DNA of 33,232 nucleotides from a bacterium (GTDB taxonomy: Bacteria; SZUA-182; DTGQ01), in the NCBI GenBank assembly GCA_040752695.1, contig JBFMGO010000067.1:1-33232 (forward strand), given 5' to 3'. The notes under the pieces are model-generated. The model worked only from the letters and a program-made list of their open reading frames with translations. It did not search any database and was not told the DNA's origin. This document shows positions 1 to 8,932 of the stretch, piece after piece (within the stretch, counting starts at the first letter, position 1; every line of letters begins with the position of its first letter). Position numbers and translations under genes: made by a program.

Positions 1-1181
1 ATGATACTCATAATCGAGAAAAAAGCCAACTGGTGATATCCCTGAACATGCGAGAAGAAAAAGGCCACGAAAATAGCGACCGTGGTCAGGGCTCCGGTTA
101 TTACCGGCCAGGTTATTTTTTTCAGGTTATCGGACGGGTTATCCCTGGAGCGAACAACTGCCGTGTAGACATAAATTCCATAATCTATGACAAATCCGAT
201 GACAACGGCCCCCATGCCTATAACTAAATAGGATAATTTCCTGAATACCAGGGATGAAAGGTTTGTGGAAACGAGGATAGTGGCCAGGGGCAGTAAAAAA
301 ACCGCGACTGCCCTGATGTCCTTGAAAAAGAGCAGGAATAAGAGAAAAAAACCAATGGAGGCGATGATAGTCATGGTTCGTACATCTTTTTTTATGACTT
401 CTTCATTGCTTACCGAGTGAAGATGTCCGGCTACGATGTCTGCCGAAACAAAGGCAGGCAAAGCATTCAAGCGGTCACGTAAATAGGATCGCAATGCACG
501 CGATGCGAATCCATCGGTGAGCAGCACCGGAGTTTCAAGGATGAGCAGGGCATGCTGTGCGTCTTTACTGATAAAGTGTCCATCTTCGATTGTAACGTCG
601 TATCCCAGACTGGTAGACAGGTTTTGGAGATTGTGTAGTATCCTGTTCTTTATCCCCAAAGGATCGGAGCGAATGAAGGGCGCCGTAAAACTGCCGGACG
701 GAAGTGTCAGTTGTTGAAAATTCCTGGCCAGTTGAGCTCTTACCCCATCTGGAGTGATCGATTGTTCGATGCGGGAAAGATCCTTTTGATCGAGCAGTTG
801 CGGAGCGCAGGTCATAAGGCTGCCTATTCCTTCGAATAGTTCCTCTTCTGCGATTCCCCTTATCACTTCTGTCACCAGGGGCGGCTTGAGAGAATCCGCC
901 AGTTGATCGGCAGCCCGGATAAGGTTCGAATGTCCATAACCGGCTTCCCCTTCTTTCCCCTGGGGGGAGGATTGAACGCTGAGCGAAATAAAAACCTTAT
1001 CCGAAAGATTGGATTCTCGGAAAAACTTCAGGGTGCGAAAAACCTCTTCATCTCCTGGAAGCATCGTTTCTATCGTATTGTCGAAGGAAATAAAGATGAG
1101 GCCAAAGGCTGAGGCGGCAAGTATCAATCCTATCAGTCCCATGAGCAGATATTTCCCTGGTGAGGAAAAGCGGTAAAACAC
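1..1181 (-). CDS. MMPL/RND-family lipid exporter (ApeM-like predicted exporter), 3'-truncated by window start
   Basis: Absent from the ORF track, presumably because no stop falls inside the window. I translated both ends by hand. GTG at 1181 follows RBS GAGGTG and reads MFYRFSSPGKYLLMGLIGLILAASAFGLIFISFDNTIETMLPGDEEVFRTLKFFRESNLSDKVFISL, an N-terminal TM plus the D..MLP pattern of MMPL proteins. The frame ends ...FFSHVQGYHQLAFFSIMSI at the edge. It directly follows a LolA-like gene, as in APE-type clusters. Confidence 0.85.
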   Translation of the reverse strand, partial: MFYRFSSPGKYLLMGLIGLILAASAFGLIFISFDNTIETMLPGDEEVFRTLKFFRESNLSDKVFISLSVQSSPQGKEGEAGYGHSNLIRAADQLADSLKPPLVTEVIRGIAEEELFEGIGSLMTCAPQLLDQKDLSRIEQSITPDGVRAQLARNFQQLTLPSGSFTAPFIRSDPLGIKNRILHNLQNLSTSLGYDVTIEDGHFISKDAQHALLILETPVLLTDGFASRALRSYLRDRLNALPAFVSADIVAGHLHSVSNEEVIKKDVRTMTIIASIGFFLLFLLFFKDIRAVAVFLLPLATILVSTNLSSLVFRKLSYLVIGMGAVVIGFVIDYGIYVYTAVVRSRDNPSDNLKKITWPVITGALTTVAIFVAFFFSHVQGYHQLAFFSIMSI

Positions 1182-1182
1182 G

Positions 1183-2034
1183 TTATTTCACCTCGTCAGC
1201 GATATTCTCTTTAGATTTACCCGCACGGGAACCGTTCCTCCCGGCATCCTGAGAGAAGGTGATTTTCCCCGCTTCCCAGGCTGTGGCATCGATAGGGACA
1301 TTCAGCTTCGTGTCGGTAAAGGTAAGGAGCGTACTGTCTTTGTTTTTTTCCTCGATGGAAATCTTTTTAATATACTGCTCATCTTTATCGAAGGTAACGG
1401 TGACACTGGTTATCGCTTTGTCCGCCATGCTGTTTTGGCGGGGATGGAACACAAGGCAAACAGGAGCGGAAGACAGCATGGTTATATTGTATTGTTCAAG
1501 CAGCGAGGTATAGGTACCACAGAACCATTCCCTCAATTGCTGAGTGACGATTTTATATCCGGTATTTTTTGACAGGGACACGTGCTGGATTTTATTGGTA
1601 TCTTCATCCCATTGCGTCACCGAGTTATCTTTTATGATCAGGGAATAGCGGACCGGCTCTTTGACATGCCAGGCGAAAAGGTTCGGCTTTTGTATGAAAA
1701 TAGCCCCTGTTAACATGAGCTTCCGGTCAAAAACAGCCAGGTTTTTTTCCTGGCTGAAGCTGGTTGCAAGGGTCTTTACCCTGGACATTTTCTCTTGCAG
1801 TCCGCTCAGCACTGCGGTCAGGTCCGGATTAGCGGGCGATGCGGTTTTTTGTGCTCCGTCTTGCACCGTCACCTGCCGCTCAGCCGCTTCCTGTGCTGCC
1901 CCGTCCTGCACAGCCGCCTGCCGCTCAGCCGCTTCCTGCCCCGCCGCCGGGAGGGGACGAGAGAGGAGACTGAACAAGAATGAGCACAGCATGAACACGA
2001 GCGCTTTTTGTTTCATTCGCTTCATTCGCTTCAA
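1183..2034 (-). CDS. LolA-like outer-membrane lipoprotein/lipid carrier protein (ApeL-like), signal peptide
   Basis: Signal peptide (MKQKALVFMLCSFLFSLLSRPLPAA), then LolA-fold motifs TLATSFSQEK...GAIFIQKPNLFAWHVKEP...LVFHPR...ISIEEKNKDSTLLTF. The TTG start overlaps the upstream TGA; two alternative ATGs follow within the 9-bp repeat. Confidence 0.85.
   Translation of the reverse strand: MKRMKRMKQKALVFMLCSFLFSLLSRPLPAAGQEAAERQAAVQDGAAQEAAERQVTVQDGAQKTASPANPDLTAVLSGLQEKMSRVKTLATSFSQEKNLAVFDRKLMLTGAIFIQKPNLFAWHVKEPVRYSLIIKDNSVTQWDEDTNKIQHVSLSKNTGYKIVTQQLREWFCGTYTSLLEQYNITMLSSAPVCLVFHPRQNSMADKAITSVTVTFDKDEQYIKKISIEEKNKDSTLLTFTDTKLNVPIDATAWEAGKITFSQDAGRNGSRAGKSKENIADEVK
1856..1938. repeat. 45-bp-period in-frame tandem duplication in the LolA-like N-terminal linker
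   Basis: ccgtcttgcaccgtcacctgccgctcagccgcttcctg (1856-1893) recurs as ccgtcctgcacagccgcctgccgctcagccgcttcctg (1901-1938), encoding QEAAERQ(AA/VT)VQDGA twice. Confidence 0.9.
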
Positions 2035-3521
2035 TCGGATTCCCCCTGCACGCTGTTTTGCCAGACTTTTATTTCCCCTTTGGCCAGCACCTGGCTGTTT
2101 CGTGAAACGGTTCCTCTCACCAGGGCAAAATCACCGAATTGGACAAACCGTGTCATCGATATGGTCAGAATATCGCCGACCGATGCGCTGCCCGATATTT
2201 CCAGATTTTTGGCTCCCAGAAGGAACCCTTCAGGAGCTGATTGGGCTATGCCCATGTATTTGAACCCTTTTTGAGCTGCAACTGCCTGGGCCATCATTTC
2301 AAGGTAGATGGCCTCATCGACCATCCCCTGTTCATCGACAAAGGGCATGCCTTCTTGGATGGTCACGGAAACCTTCACCGATCCTTCGGCGATCTCGTCG
2401 AGAGTATCGATAACCCGCATGGTTCCTTTCTGCGGGATGATCTCGTCGACCGCCGTGGGCAGACAGACGATTTCTTCCTGACGATCGAGATTTCTCCAGC
2501 ACAGAGGGTCCGAGGCCAGATAGTCTCCGGTCAATTGGTAAGCTGCACCTCTACAGCCATAGCATTCCTTCGATTTCTCGCAGGTGCGGCAGGGACCTTT
2601 GATAGTGGCGGGAAAAGCTTTCAGATCCTGAATAATCTCGCTTCCCTGAAGGATATCGGCGAGCTTTTGCTTTCGAATGTTCCCCACCGGTATCGTTACC
2701 CCGACGCAGGGCAAAACTTCCCCGTGCGAATTGACGTAGCAGGAAAACTGGTGCCGCAGGCATTTATTTCCGATCAGAGGAGGCTGCGGGTCCCAGGAAA
2801 GGCCATACCGCTCGCGGTCCAGAGCGGCAATCCGCTGAAAGACATCATATACTTCTTTTGTATCGACCGCCAGCCAGTCGTTCTTTTTGGCCCTGCCTTG
2901 AGGAGTAATCATTTCGAAATAGGGAGCGATGTTCTGGTCGCGCAGCCATTGCCACATGCCTGCCAATTCATCGATATTTTGCCGGCAGATTATGGTGCTG
3001 ACCCCTAAATGGACATTCCCGGAAGGGTAGCCCGCCTGTTTCAGGTGATGAAAAGCGGCCTGTATGACTTTGTATGCCCCGTTTTTTCCGGCCAGCTTAT
3101 CCTGGATCTTTTCATCGTGGGTGTTCATTTTTAAAACCACCATTACCTGGTGGTCGAATAAAAACCTGGCCACATCGGCGGTTATTTGAAAGCCGTTGGT
3201 AAACAGTTCGATCGCGACATCCTGCTGCCGGATAAAGGCGATCATGTCCAGGATGTGCTGATAGGCCATCGGCTCTCCGCCGAGGATGACGATTTTTTTA
3301 ACTCCAAGATCCCTGGCTTGCAGGATAACGTCCCTGATTTCCTCTTTAGTCAGTTCATCTTTTAAAAAGGATTCCGGCGGAAGATAACAATACGAGCAAC
3401 GGAAATTGCATTGCAGGCTGAATTCGATTTCCATGGAGAGCAGCCGGTTGGTTCTCATCGCTTCTTCGATTTCTTCCCGGCTGAATTCAAAACTGTGAAT
3501 CCGACTCTGGCAGTTTAGCAT
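2031..3521 (-). CDS. Radical SAM/SPASM protein fused to a C-terminal FabA/FabZ-like hotdog (ApeP-like) domain
   Basis: CNFRCSYC (CxxxCxxC) and LGGEP. SPASM cysteines: CYVNSHGEVLPC...CRTCEKSKECYGCRGAAY...DPLC. The last ~140 aa (IPQKGTMRVID...EMMAQAVAAQKG...GFLLGAK...VGDILTI...AKGEIKV) match the hotdog dehydratase pattern. Confidence 0.9.
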   Translation of the reverse strand: MLNCQSRIHSFEFSREEIEEAMRTNRLLSMEIEFSLQCNFRCSYCYLPPESFLKDELTKEEIRDVILQARDLGVKKIVILGGEPMAYQHILDMIAFIRQQDVAIELFTNGFQITADVARFLFDHQVMVVLKMNTHDEKIQDKLAGKNGAYKVIQAAFHHLKQAGYPSGNVHLGVSTIICRQNIDELAGMWQWLRDQNIAPYFEMITPQGRAKKNDWLAVDTKEVYDVFQRIAALDRERYGLSWDPQPPLIGNKCLRHQFSCYVNSHGEVLPCVGVTIPVGNIRKQKLADILQGSEIIQDLKAFPATIKGPCRTCEKSKECYGCRGAAYQLTGDYLASDPLCWRNLDRQEEIVCLPTAVDEIIPQKGTMRVIDTLDEIAEGSVKVSVTIQEGMPFVDEQGMVDEAIYLEMMAQAVAAQKGFKYMGIAQSAPEGFLLGAKNLEISGSASVGDILTISMTRFVQFGDFALVRGTVSRNSQVLAKGEIKVWQNSVQGESD

Positions 3522-3570
3522 CTCAATCCCTTTTTTAAGGAGTATTCAAAGAGTCCCGCATCTTCCCTTT

Positions 3571-3622
3571 GCCCCCTGCCTTATCTTCCTTACGGGGAAG
3601 ATGATGATGGGCAATAAGGGGC
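3571..3622. repeat. Intergenic GC-rich imperfect hairpin (REP-like)
   Basis: gcccc-tgcc-ttatcttcct [tacg] gggaagatga-ggca-ggggc: nested inverted repeat between the CoA ligase and radical SAM genes. Confidence 0.55.
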
Positions 3623-3629
3623 TCTTGTC

Positions 3630-4952
3630 CTACCTTCTATCTATGTAACGAATTGGTTTTCTCGATCTTGGGCTGTATACCTGTTGCCTTACAGCCTCTA
3701 TGGATTCAATCACCACCGATGGTTTTACGCGCAGCCGCGCCTTAAGTTGATCCTGTATAACCTCTTCTGTTGTCACCCGGTCCGTCGTGCCTTTTGTTTC
3801 GTCCACAGCCACATGGACGGTGAGGTTATCGGACAATTCACTCTCCCTGGTCACCACAAGATAATATTCCTGTATGGCCTTCATTTCTTCCAGTGCCGAG
3901 TACACTGCCTGGGGATAGAGCGTAGTTCCCCGTATTTTCATCATCTGGTTTTTTCTTCCCAGAACAGGCCCGAGCCTCGGAGAGTACCTTCCGCAGAGGC
4001 ATGGTTCATCGATCAGGAAACTCATATCGCCGGTTTTAAACCGTATAAGCGGCATCCCTTCGACCTGCAGCGGCGTTATCACCACCTCCCCCACAGTCCC
4101 GGGCGGAAGCACCCGGCCATCTCTATCGATAATTTCAACAACCGCCAGATCAGGATGGAGGTGTCCACCCTGCCGGATGCTGCATTCGCAGAAAGTGGTC
4201 ACTACTTCTGAAGAAGCGTAGGTAGAATATATTTTGGCCTGCCAGATGGTTTCCAGATCTTCTCCGATTTTCAAAAGGGCAAGGCGCCTGTCCCGTACCG
4301 GCTCACCGATACAAACAAGACTGGATATCCCGGATTGCCCCGGAGCTGCTCCTTTTTCCAGGAGATAGAGCCCCAATTTCTTCAAAAAAGTCGGGACTCC
4401 GACGATGACCGTAGGATTCATCCTCTTGATAATTTCCCAGTGACTTTCCACACTGTTCTGGCCGCTTCGTATGGCTGCTGCTCCGACACTTCGAACCCCT
4501 AAAAAATAGGCCAGGCCAGCCACGAAGCACCGGTCTATGGTGCAGGTCAGCAGCACTACATCATCACTGGTCATTCCACACCCTTTAAATGACATCTCCT
4601 CGTTATAGGCGAGCCGCCTTAAGTCATGATCCGTGTACATTACGGGAGTCGGATGGCCGGTTGTTCCCGATGATAAAACGATATCGACGATCCGGCTTCG
4701 GGGAACCGCGCAGAAGTCTTCGTTGTACCTTTCGATTTCGGATTTATCGGTCAAGGGAATCTGAGCCAGCCGGTCCAGGATCATCTCCCCCTGATTGTCG
4801 GCTGTAGCAGCACAATCCTTCAACACGCGCCGGTAATAAGGTGAATGTTCACAGCAATAGGCAAGATGCCTCTGCAACAGCGTGTTCTGTACCTTTCTCA
4901 TTGCTTCAGGGCCGGAAAACGAAACATCTCGATACGAGGATAACTCCATCAT
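3630..4952 (-). CDS. Phenylacetate-CoA ligase-like (PaaK family) AMP-dependent ligase
   Basis: P-loop SSGTTGHP, YSTYASSE, ECSIRQGGH, GEVVIT...MPLIRFKTGD, PCLCGR...GRKNQMMKIRGTTLYP, and C-terminal K-PIRYIDRR typical of PaaK. Confidence 0.88.
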   Translation of the reverse strand: MMELSSYRDVSFSGPEAMRKVQNTLLQRHLAYCCEHSPYYRRVLKDCAATADNQGEMILDRLAQIPLTDKSEIERYNEDFCAVPRSRIVDIVLSSGTTGHPTPVMYTDHDLRRLAYNEEMSFKGCGMTSDDVVLLTCTIDRCFVAGLAYFLGVRSVGAAAIRSGQNSVESHWEIIKRMNPTVIVGVPTFLKKLGLYLLEKGAAPGQSGISSLVCIGEPVRDRRLALLKIGEDLETIWQAKIYSTYASSEVVTTFCECSIRQGGHLHPDLAVVEIIDRDGRVLPPGTVGEVVITPLQVEGMPLIRFKTGDMSFLIDEPCLCGRYSPRLGPVLGRKNQMMKIRGTTLYPQAVYSALEEMKAIQEYYLVVTRESELSDNLTVHVAVDETKGTTDRVTTEEVIQDQLKARLRVKPSVVIESIEAVRQQVYSPRSRKPIRYIDRR

Positions 4953-4953
4953 T

Positions 4954-5778
4954 CTATTCCCCCTCTCCCTCCATAACAGCTAATTCCTGGGCAATAATAT
5001 CTTTAACCTTGTTTTTCAGTTGAAATGCAGTCAGATCTTTATATTTTTCCCATGGCAGGGCCGGTAACTTATGCATTCTGATTATGCCCGGATGGAGCAT
5101 GAGCGAGCCCCGGCGAGGCTTGTCTTCGTTTCCGGAAATACACAAAGGCACGATCGGGCACCGGGACTTGAGGGCGACCCGAAAGATCGAGCCGTGAAAA
5201 GGCCCCATGTTCCTGCTTCCGGAACGGGTCCCTTCAGGAAAGCAGATGATAGAGACCCCCCGCTTAAGAAGATCGCATGATTTTTGAGAAAATTCTTCAA
5301 ATGACATCTCTTTGATACTCAGATAGCCGGCCAATCGGGCATACATACCCAGAACCGGTATCCGGAAGGGCCATATATTTACCACCTGTACACACTCATA
5401 GGGCAAACAGGCCATTAAAAAGGCATCCGAAGCTGATCGATGATTACAAACGAACAGGTAAGGTCCATCAGGATCGCCTTTTCCAAAATCTCTATAAAAA
5501 ATCCGTATAAAGGGAAACGGAAAAACCTTTATGATAATAAAACCGTACCAGCTTATGGCTCGACGGAATTGTTTCATGATGCTGCGGCGTGGCATGAATA
5601 ACCAAAAAAGGGCAATATACACGGTGAACAGTGGTATGCTGCTTGCGGAGAATAAGAAGAATGACAGATAGAAAATTGTGTTGAGAAGTACTGCCTTTAA
5701 GCCATTCATGTACTGGTTTTTTTTGCTTTGGAAGTATTCAAGGTACCAACAAGAGGTTTTGATGCCTGCCTTTCTCAC
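4954..5778 (-). CDS. Lysophospholipid/1-acyl-glycerol-3-phosphate acyltransferase family (PlsC-like)
   Basis: NHRSASD (HX4D) and FPEGTRS motifs with N-terminal TM helices. The start is either GTG 5778 (GTGA overlap with the ACP stop) or ATG 5709. Confidence 0.88.
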   Translation of the reverse strand: MRKAGIKTSCWYLEYFQSKKNQYMNGLKAVLLNTIFYLSFFLFSASSIPLFTVYIALFWLFMPRRSIMKQFRRAISWYGFIIIKVFPFPFIRIFYRDFGKGDPDGPYLFVCNHRSASDAFLMACLPYECVQVVNIWPFRIPVLGMYARLAGYLSIKEMSFEEFSQKSCDLLKRGVSIICFPEGTRSGSRNMGPFHGSIFRVALKSRCPIVPLCISGNEDKPRRGSLMLHPGIIRMHKLPALPWEKYKDLTAFQLKNKVKDIIAQELAVMEGEGE

Positions 5779-6026
5779 TGATCGAGGACTGTGGTGATAG
5801 CGAATTGATAAATATCTTCCAATGTCCGGATCTTTCTCAGGCGGTCGTCGTTGTGTATTTTCACCTTAAATTTGCTCTGCAGAGCCACAACCAAATCGAC
5901 AATGTCCAGGCTGTCCAGTCCTAAATCCTCGAAAATATTCATCTGAGGCTGGAGCTTTTCTTTTTCTATTTCGAATGACTCTTCGAATACCTCGTTCACC
6001 ATAGTGATAATTTCTTGATCGGTCAT
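5775..6026 (-). CDS. acpP: Acyl carrier protein, cluster-specific (83 aa)
   Basis: DLGLDSLDIVDLVV phosphopantetheine Ser motif. Likely start is ATG 6026 after AAAAGGATAACT; the ORF-track extension to 6200 overlaps fabF. Confidence 0.92.
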   Translation of the reverse strand: MTDQEIITMVNEVFEESFEIEKEKLQPQMNIFEDLGLDSLDIVDLVVALQSKFKVKIHNDDRLRKIRTLEDIYQFAITTVLDQ

Positions 6027-6082
6027 AGTTATCCTTTTCGAAGACAGTGAAGCTTGGTGCCTGTCGTAATCGGATAGAGTAC

Positions 6083-7312
6083 CTAATCTACCCTTCTGCA
6101 GGCTATCGCTGCATTGATTCCTCCAAAGGCGAAGCAATTCTTTACCAAGACATTGATTTCCCGCCTCAGCGGTTCTTTTACATGGTAAACCCCCTGGCAT
6201 TCCTGGCTTACGATGTCTAAATTGCGGGTAGGGTAAATCTTCCCTTTTTCCATCATAATCAATGAAACAATCAATTCAATCGATCCCGAAGCCCCCAGGG
6301 TATGTCCCAGGTAGCCTTTAAGACTGCTCACCGGTATGGAATTTCCAAAGATCTTCCGTATTGCTTCGATCTCTTCTTTATCTCCCTGGATAGTTGCTGT
6401 TGCATGGGCATTGACATAATCGACATCATCCGGCTTCAGAGAAGCGTTTTTTAACGAATCGCCAATAGCGCAGGTGATGGCTTCCTTATACGACTGACTG
6501 ACATGAATTCCACTTCCACAGGTGTTATAACCAATGATTTCGGCGTACATTTTGGCTCCCCTTTGCCGTGCATGTTCGTATTCCTCCAGGACGAGCACTC
6601 CGCTTCCTTCACCGCAGACAAGGCCGTCACGTTTGCTGTCGAAAGGACGGGGAGTGAGCGAAGGGGTATGGTTGTACCGGGCCGAGGTTGCAAAGAGAAC
6701 ATCGAAAGAGCCAACCACTGTAGGATGGAGTTCCTCTGCACCGCCGCAAATCATGACTTCCTGCGTTCCAAGCCTGATCAGGTCGTAACCTGTCCCCAGA
6801 GCTTGCAGCGCAGATGCGCAGGCTGCCGAAGTCGCCATGACATAGCCGTTTATTCCCAGATATTGGGATACATTCATGGCAGCGGTATGGGAAACACACT
6901 GAAAAAACTGCATCGATTTTAATTGTGTCAGGTCTTTTCTCGGCAAGAGTATTTCGAAGGCATCATTAAGACTCTCTGCGCTGCCCATGGTCGAGCCAAG
7001 GATGCAGCCTGTCCGGCCTGATGATAAGCTCTCTTTGGCTAATCCCGCATCGGCGATTGCCTGCTGGCTGGCCTGTACGGCAAAGATACTCATCCTTCCC
7101 ATCGACCGCCTGTACTGCCGTGGAATCTCCTTTTCGTTTTTCAACTCGGCAGGTGCCCCCACCAGGCATCGCAGGCCGTTATACTGGTTCCATCCTTCCA
7201 TGTAACGAACGGCGCTTTTGCCCTGTTCTATTCCCTCGATAATGGAAGGGACATCCTGACCTAATCCGCAAACTGCACCGACTCCTGTTATCACTACTCT
7301 TTTCAATTGCAT
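6083..7312 (-). CDS. fabF: Beta-ketoacyl-ACP synthase (FabF/FabB family, 409 aa)
   Basis: MQLKRVVITGVG start overlapping the upstream stop. Catalytic Cys-His-His: SAACASA, NAHATAT, KGYLGHTLGASG; also RPFDSKRDGLV and NCFAFGG. Confidence 0.92.
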   Translation of the reverse strand: MQLKRVVITGVGAVCGLGQDVPSIIEGIEQGKSAVRYMEGWNQYNGLRCLVGAPAELKNEKEIPRQYRRSMGRMSIFAVQASQQAIADAGLAKESLSSGRTGCILGSTMGSAESLNDAFEILLPRKDLTQLKSMQFFQCVSHTAAMNVSQYLGINGYVMATSAACASALQALGTGYDLIRLGTQEVMICGGAEELHPTVVGSFDVLFATSARYNHTPSLTPRPFDSKRDGLVCGEGSGVLVLEEYEHARQRGAKMYAEIIGYNTCGSGIHVSQSYKEAITCAIGDSLKNASLKPDDVDYVNAHATATIQGDKEEIEAIRKIFGNSIPVSSLKGYLGHTLGASGSIELIVSLIMMEKGKIYPTRNLDIVSQECQGVYHVKEPLRREINVLVKNCFAFGGINAAIACRRVD

Positions 7313-8805
7313 AATTTCTGTTCGATAAAGCGGCTGTATTTTTCCCTGCCAACTATACTCCTGCATACGATAAATGAGGACATCATTGCACCTACCAATC
7401 CCGGCAGTACGGCACTTTGACCAGCGGCATAGATATTACGAAGGTGAAGCCTTCCAATGACATTATACTGTCCGACTTTCTGCTTTATTCCGTAGGCTGC
7501 TCCTTCGGGTGAGTGCAGATAGTCCCGGTACGTTAGAATGGAAGCTGCATCCATTATCTTAAGAGAGTTTTGTAACTCCGGATAAAAGGCATGAATACGC
7601 TCGGTTATCCTCTGGATTCGATTCTGTTTGTAAGCTGTATACCCTGCGGGTCTTTTTCCTGTTCTCGAATCTTCCCATGCAGCCACCTGTTGGGGGAACG
7701 AGAGCTCGAAGGCACTTAAAATCCGGCATACCTTTCCATCGATTGTTTCGGGATATTTCATAATAATCAGCGGGGGATTGCCGGAATAGTTCGGATCGAG
7801 CGATTGATTGAAATCAGCCGTCGGCAGCAGTGAAACAATGGAGGACTCGAAATTTTCCCCTGTATCGCCATCCTGTATGATTCCAAAAAGAGAGAAAAAC
7901 CCGGTCGATGATTCAAAGGCTGATACCCGGTTGACAAAGGCTTTGCTCAAATATTCTTTCGGCAGCGCCTTGAGGATTTCCTTGGGATGGATAGTGAAAA
8001 TGCAGCGGTCGCAGGTTATTTCCTCGCCGGTATTCAACCTGAACCGGTTCACGATAGTATCCCTGATATCGACGAAGTCCGTAACAGAGCGGTTGCACAG
8101 GACATCGACCTCATAGCGGTCGAATTGTTCCTTGAAGGCCCTGATGAACGCTTCTCCTCCACCTTCCACGCGGGCCATCGATTCATACTGATTGAAGCAT
8201 ATCCTGCCGTGATTGGCAAAAGAGACTTCCTTTGGTTTCACCCCATAACACAGGCTATATCCCGACAACACACCTTTCAGCAGGTGATTATCGGTCAATT
8301 GGTTCAGGACCTGATCGAGACTGAGGAAATCTTCATCGAGCATGTTCCATGATACGGGAGTGGTATCAAAATCCATGGAAACGGTTTGGGCGCAAACCTT
8401 TTGCAGCATATCGAAATACCGGTCGATGGCGGAACATTGATCGGGGAAGTATCCTTTTAACTTTTTCTTCACGTTATGAATCCCAACCGGCATCTCGTAG
8501 GTCTTTTGCTCGAATTCGAAAACGATCTGATTGGCTTTCTCGTGATGGAGAAAGCGGGGCTTAATATATCTATCGATATCGAGCATCATGAGCATCTGGC
8601 AGAGAATGCCGTTGTGAGAAAGTCCACCGGAAAAATGGAACCCTATGTCAAAGGGAATACCCTGCTTGTAAAACCTGGCCATCGCTCCGCCAAGATGAGG
8701 ATTTTTTTCCACAAGCAGGACCTTGTGCCCATGCATGGCCAGTAAAAGAGCAACGGTCATACCGCTTATTCCGCTGCCTACAACCAAATCATCATAGTTA
8801 TTCAT
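7303..8805 (-). CDS. FAD-dependent oxidoreductase, phytoene desaturase / retinol saturase family
   Basis: Rossmann motif DLVVGSGISG...VLLVEK...GG, FDIGFH, GGGEAF, C-terminal SILTYRDY..SPEGAAYG and NIYAAGQS...PGLVGAMMS. Confidence 0.88.
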   Translation of the reverse strand: MNNYDDLVVGSGISGMTVALLLAMHGHKVLLVEKNPHLGGAMARFYKQGIPFDIGFHFSGGLSHNGILCQMLMMLDIDRYIKPRFLHHEKANQIVFEFEQKTYEMPVGIHNVKKKLKGYFPDQCSAIDRYFDMLQKVCAQTVSMDFDTTPVSWNMLDEDFLSLDQVLNQLTDNHLLKGVLSGYSLCYGVKPKEVSFANHGRICFNQYESMARVEGGGEAFIRAFKEQFDRYEVDVLCNRSVTDFVDIRDTIVNRFRLNTGEEITCDRCIFTIHPKEILKALPKEYLSKAFVNRVSAFESSTGFFSLFGIIQDGDTGENFESSIVSLLPTADFNQSLDPNYSGNPPLIIMKYPETIDGKVCRILSAFELSFPQQVAAWEDSRTGKRPAGYTAYKQNRIQRITERIHAFYPELQNSLKIMDAASILTYRDYLHSPEGAAYGIKQKVGQYNVIGRLHLRNIYAAGQSAVLPGLVGAMMSSFIVCRSIVGREKYSRFIEQKLCN

Positions 8806-8823
8806 GCTTTTTTACCACATTAT

Positions 8824-8927
8824 TCTCCATAATTTCCCCTCCGGTCTCCTATTGTGGAGACCTGTTCACCATTTTTTTCTCCCCCTTGGTGAGAGGAGTG
8901 CGGTGAGAAGGGGCAAGGGGATGGAGA
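8824..8927. repeat. Intergenic branched stem-loop between fabG and the oxidoreductase
   Basis: Inner hairpin ggtctcc-tattgt-ggagacc (8843-8862); outer arms tctccat..cccct and aggggatggaga. Confidence 0.5.
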
Positions 8928-8932
8928 TTTTT

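Noticed and set aside
2031..3521. Radical SAM/SPASM enzyme as a RiPP maturase or Ahb/NirJ heme-biosynthesis enzyme
   Set aside because: No precursor peptide, RRE/PqqD domain or heme genes are nearby; the hotdog fusion and FAS context point to lipid chemistry. Not formally excluded.
6027..6200. ORF-track N-terminal extension of the ACP; similar over-long starts for fabF (7366), fabG (9742), SPFH (13969) and the kinase (29952)
   Set aside because: The extensions overlap neighbouring genes or promoter regions; downstream starts have better RBS or match family lengths.
7303..8805. Carotenoid biosynthesis (crtI)
   Set aside because: No phytoene synthase or prenyltransferase is in the window, and the gene overlaps fabF.
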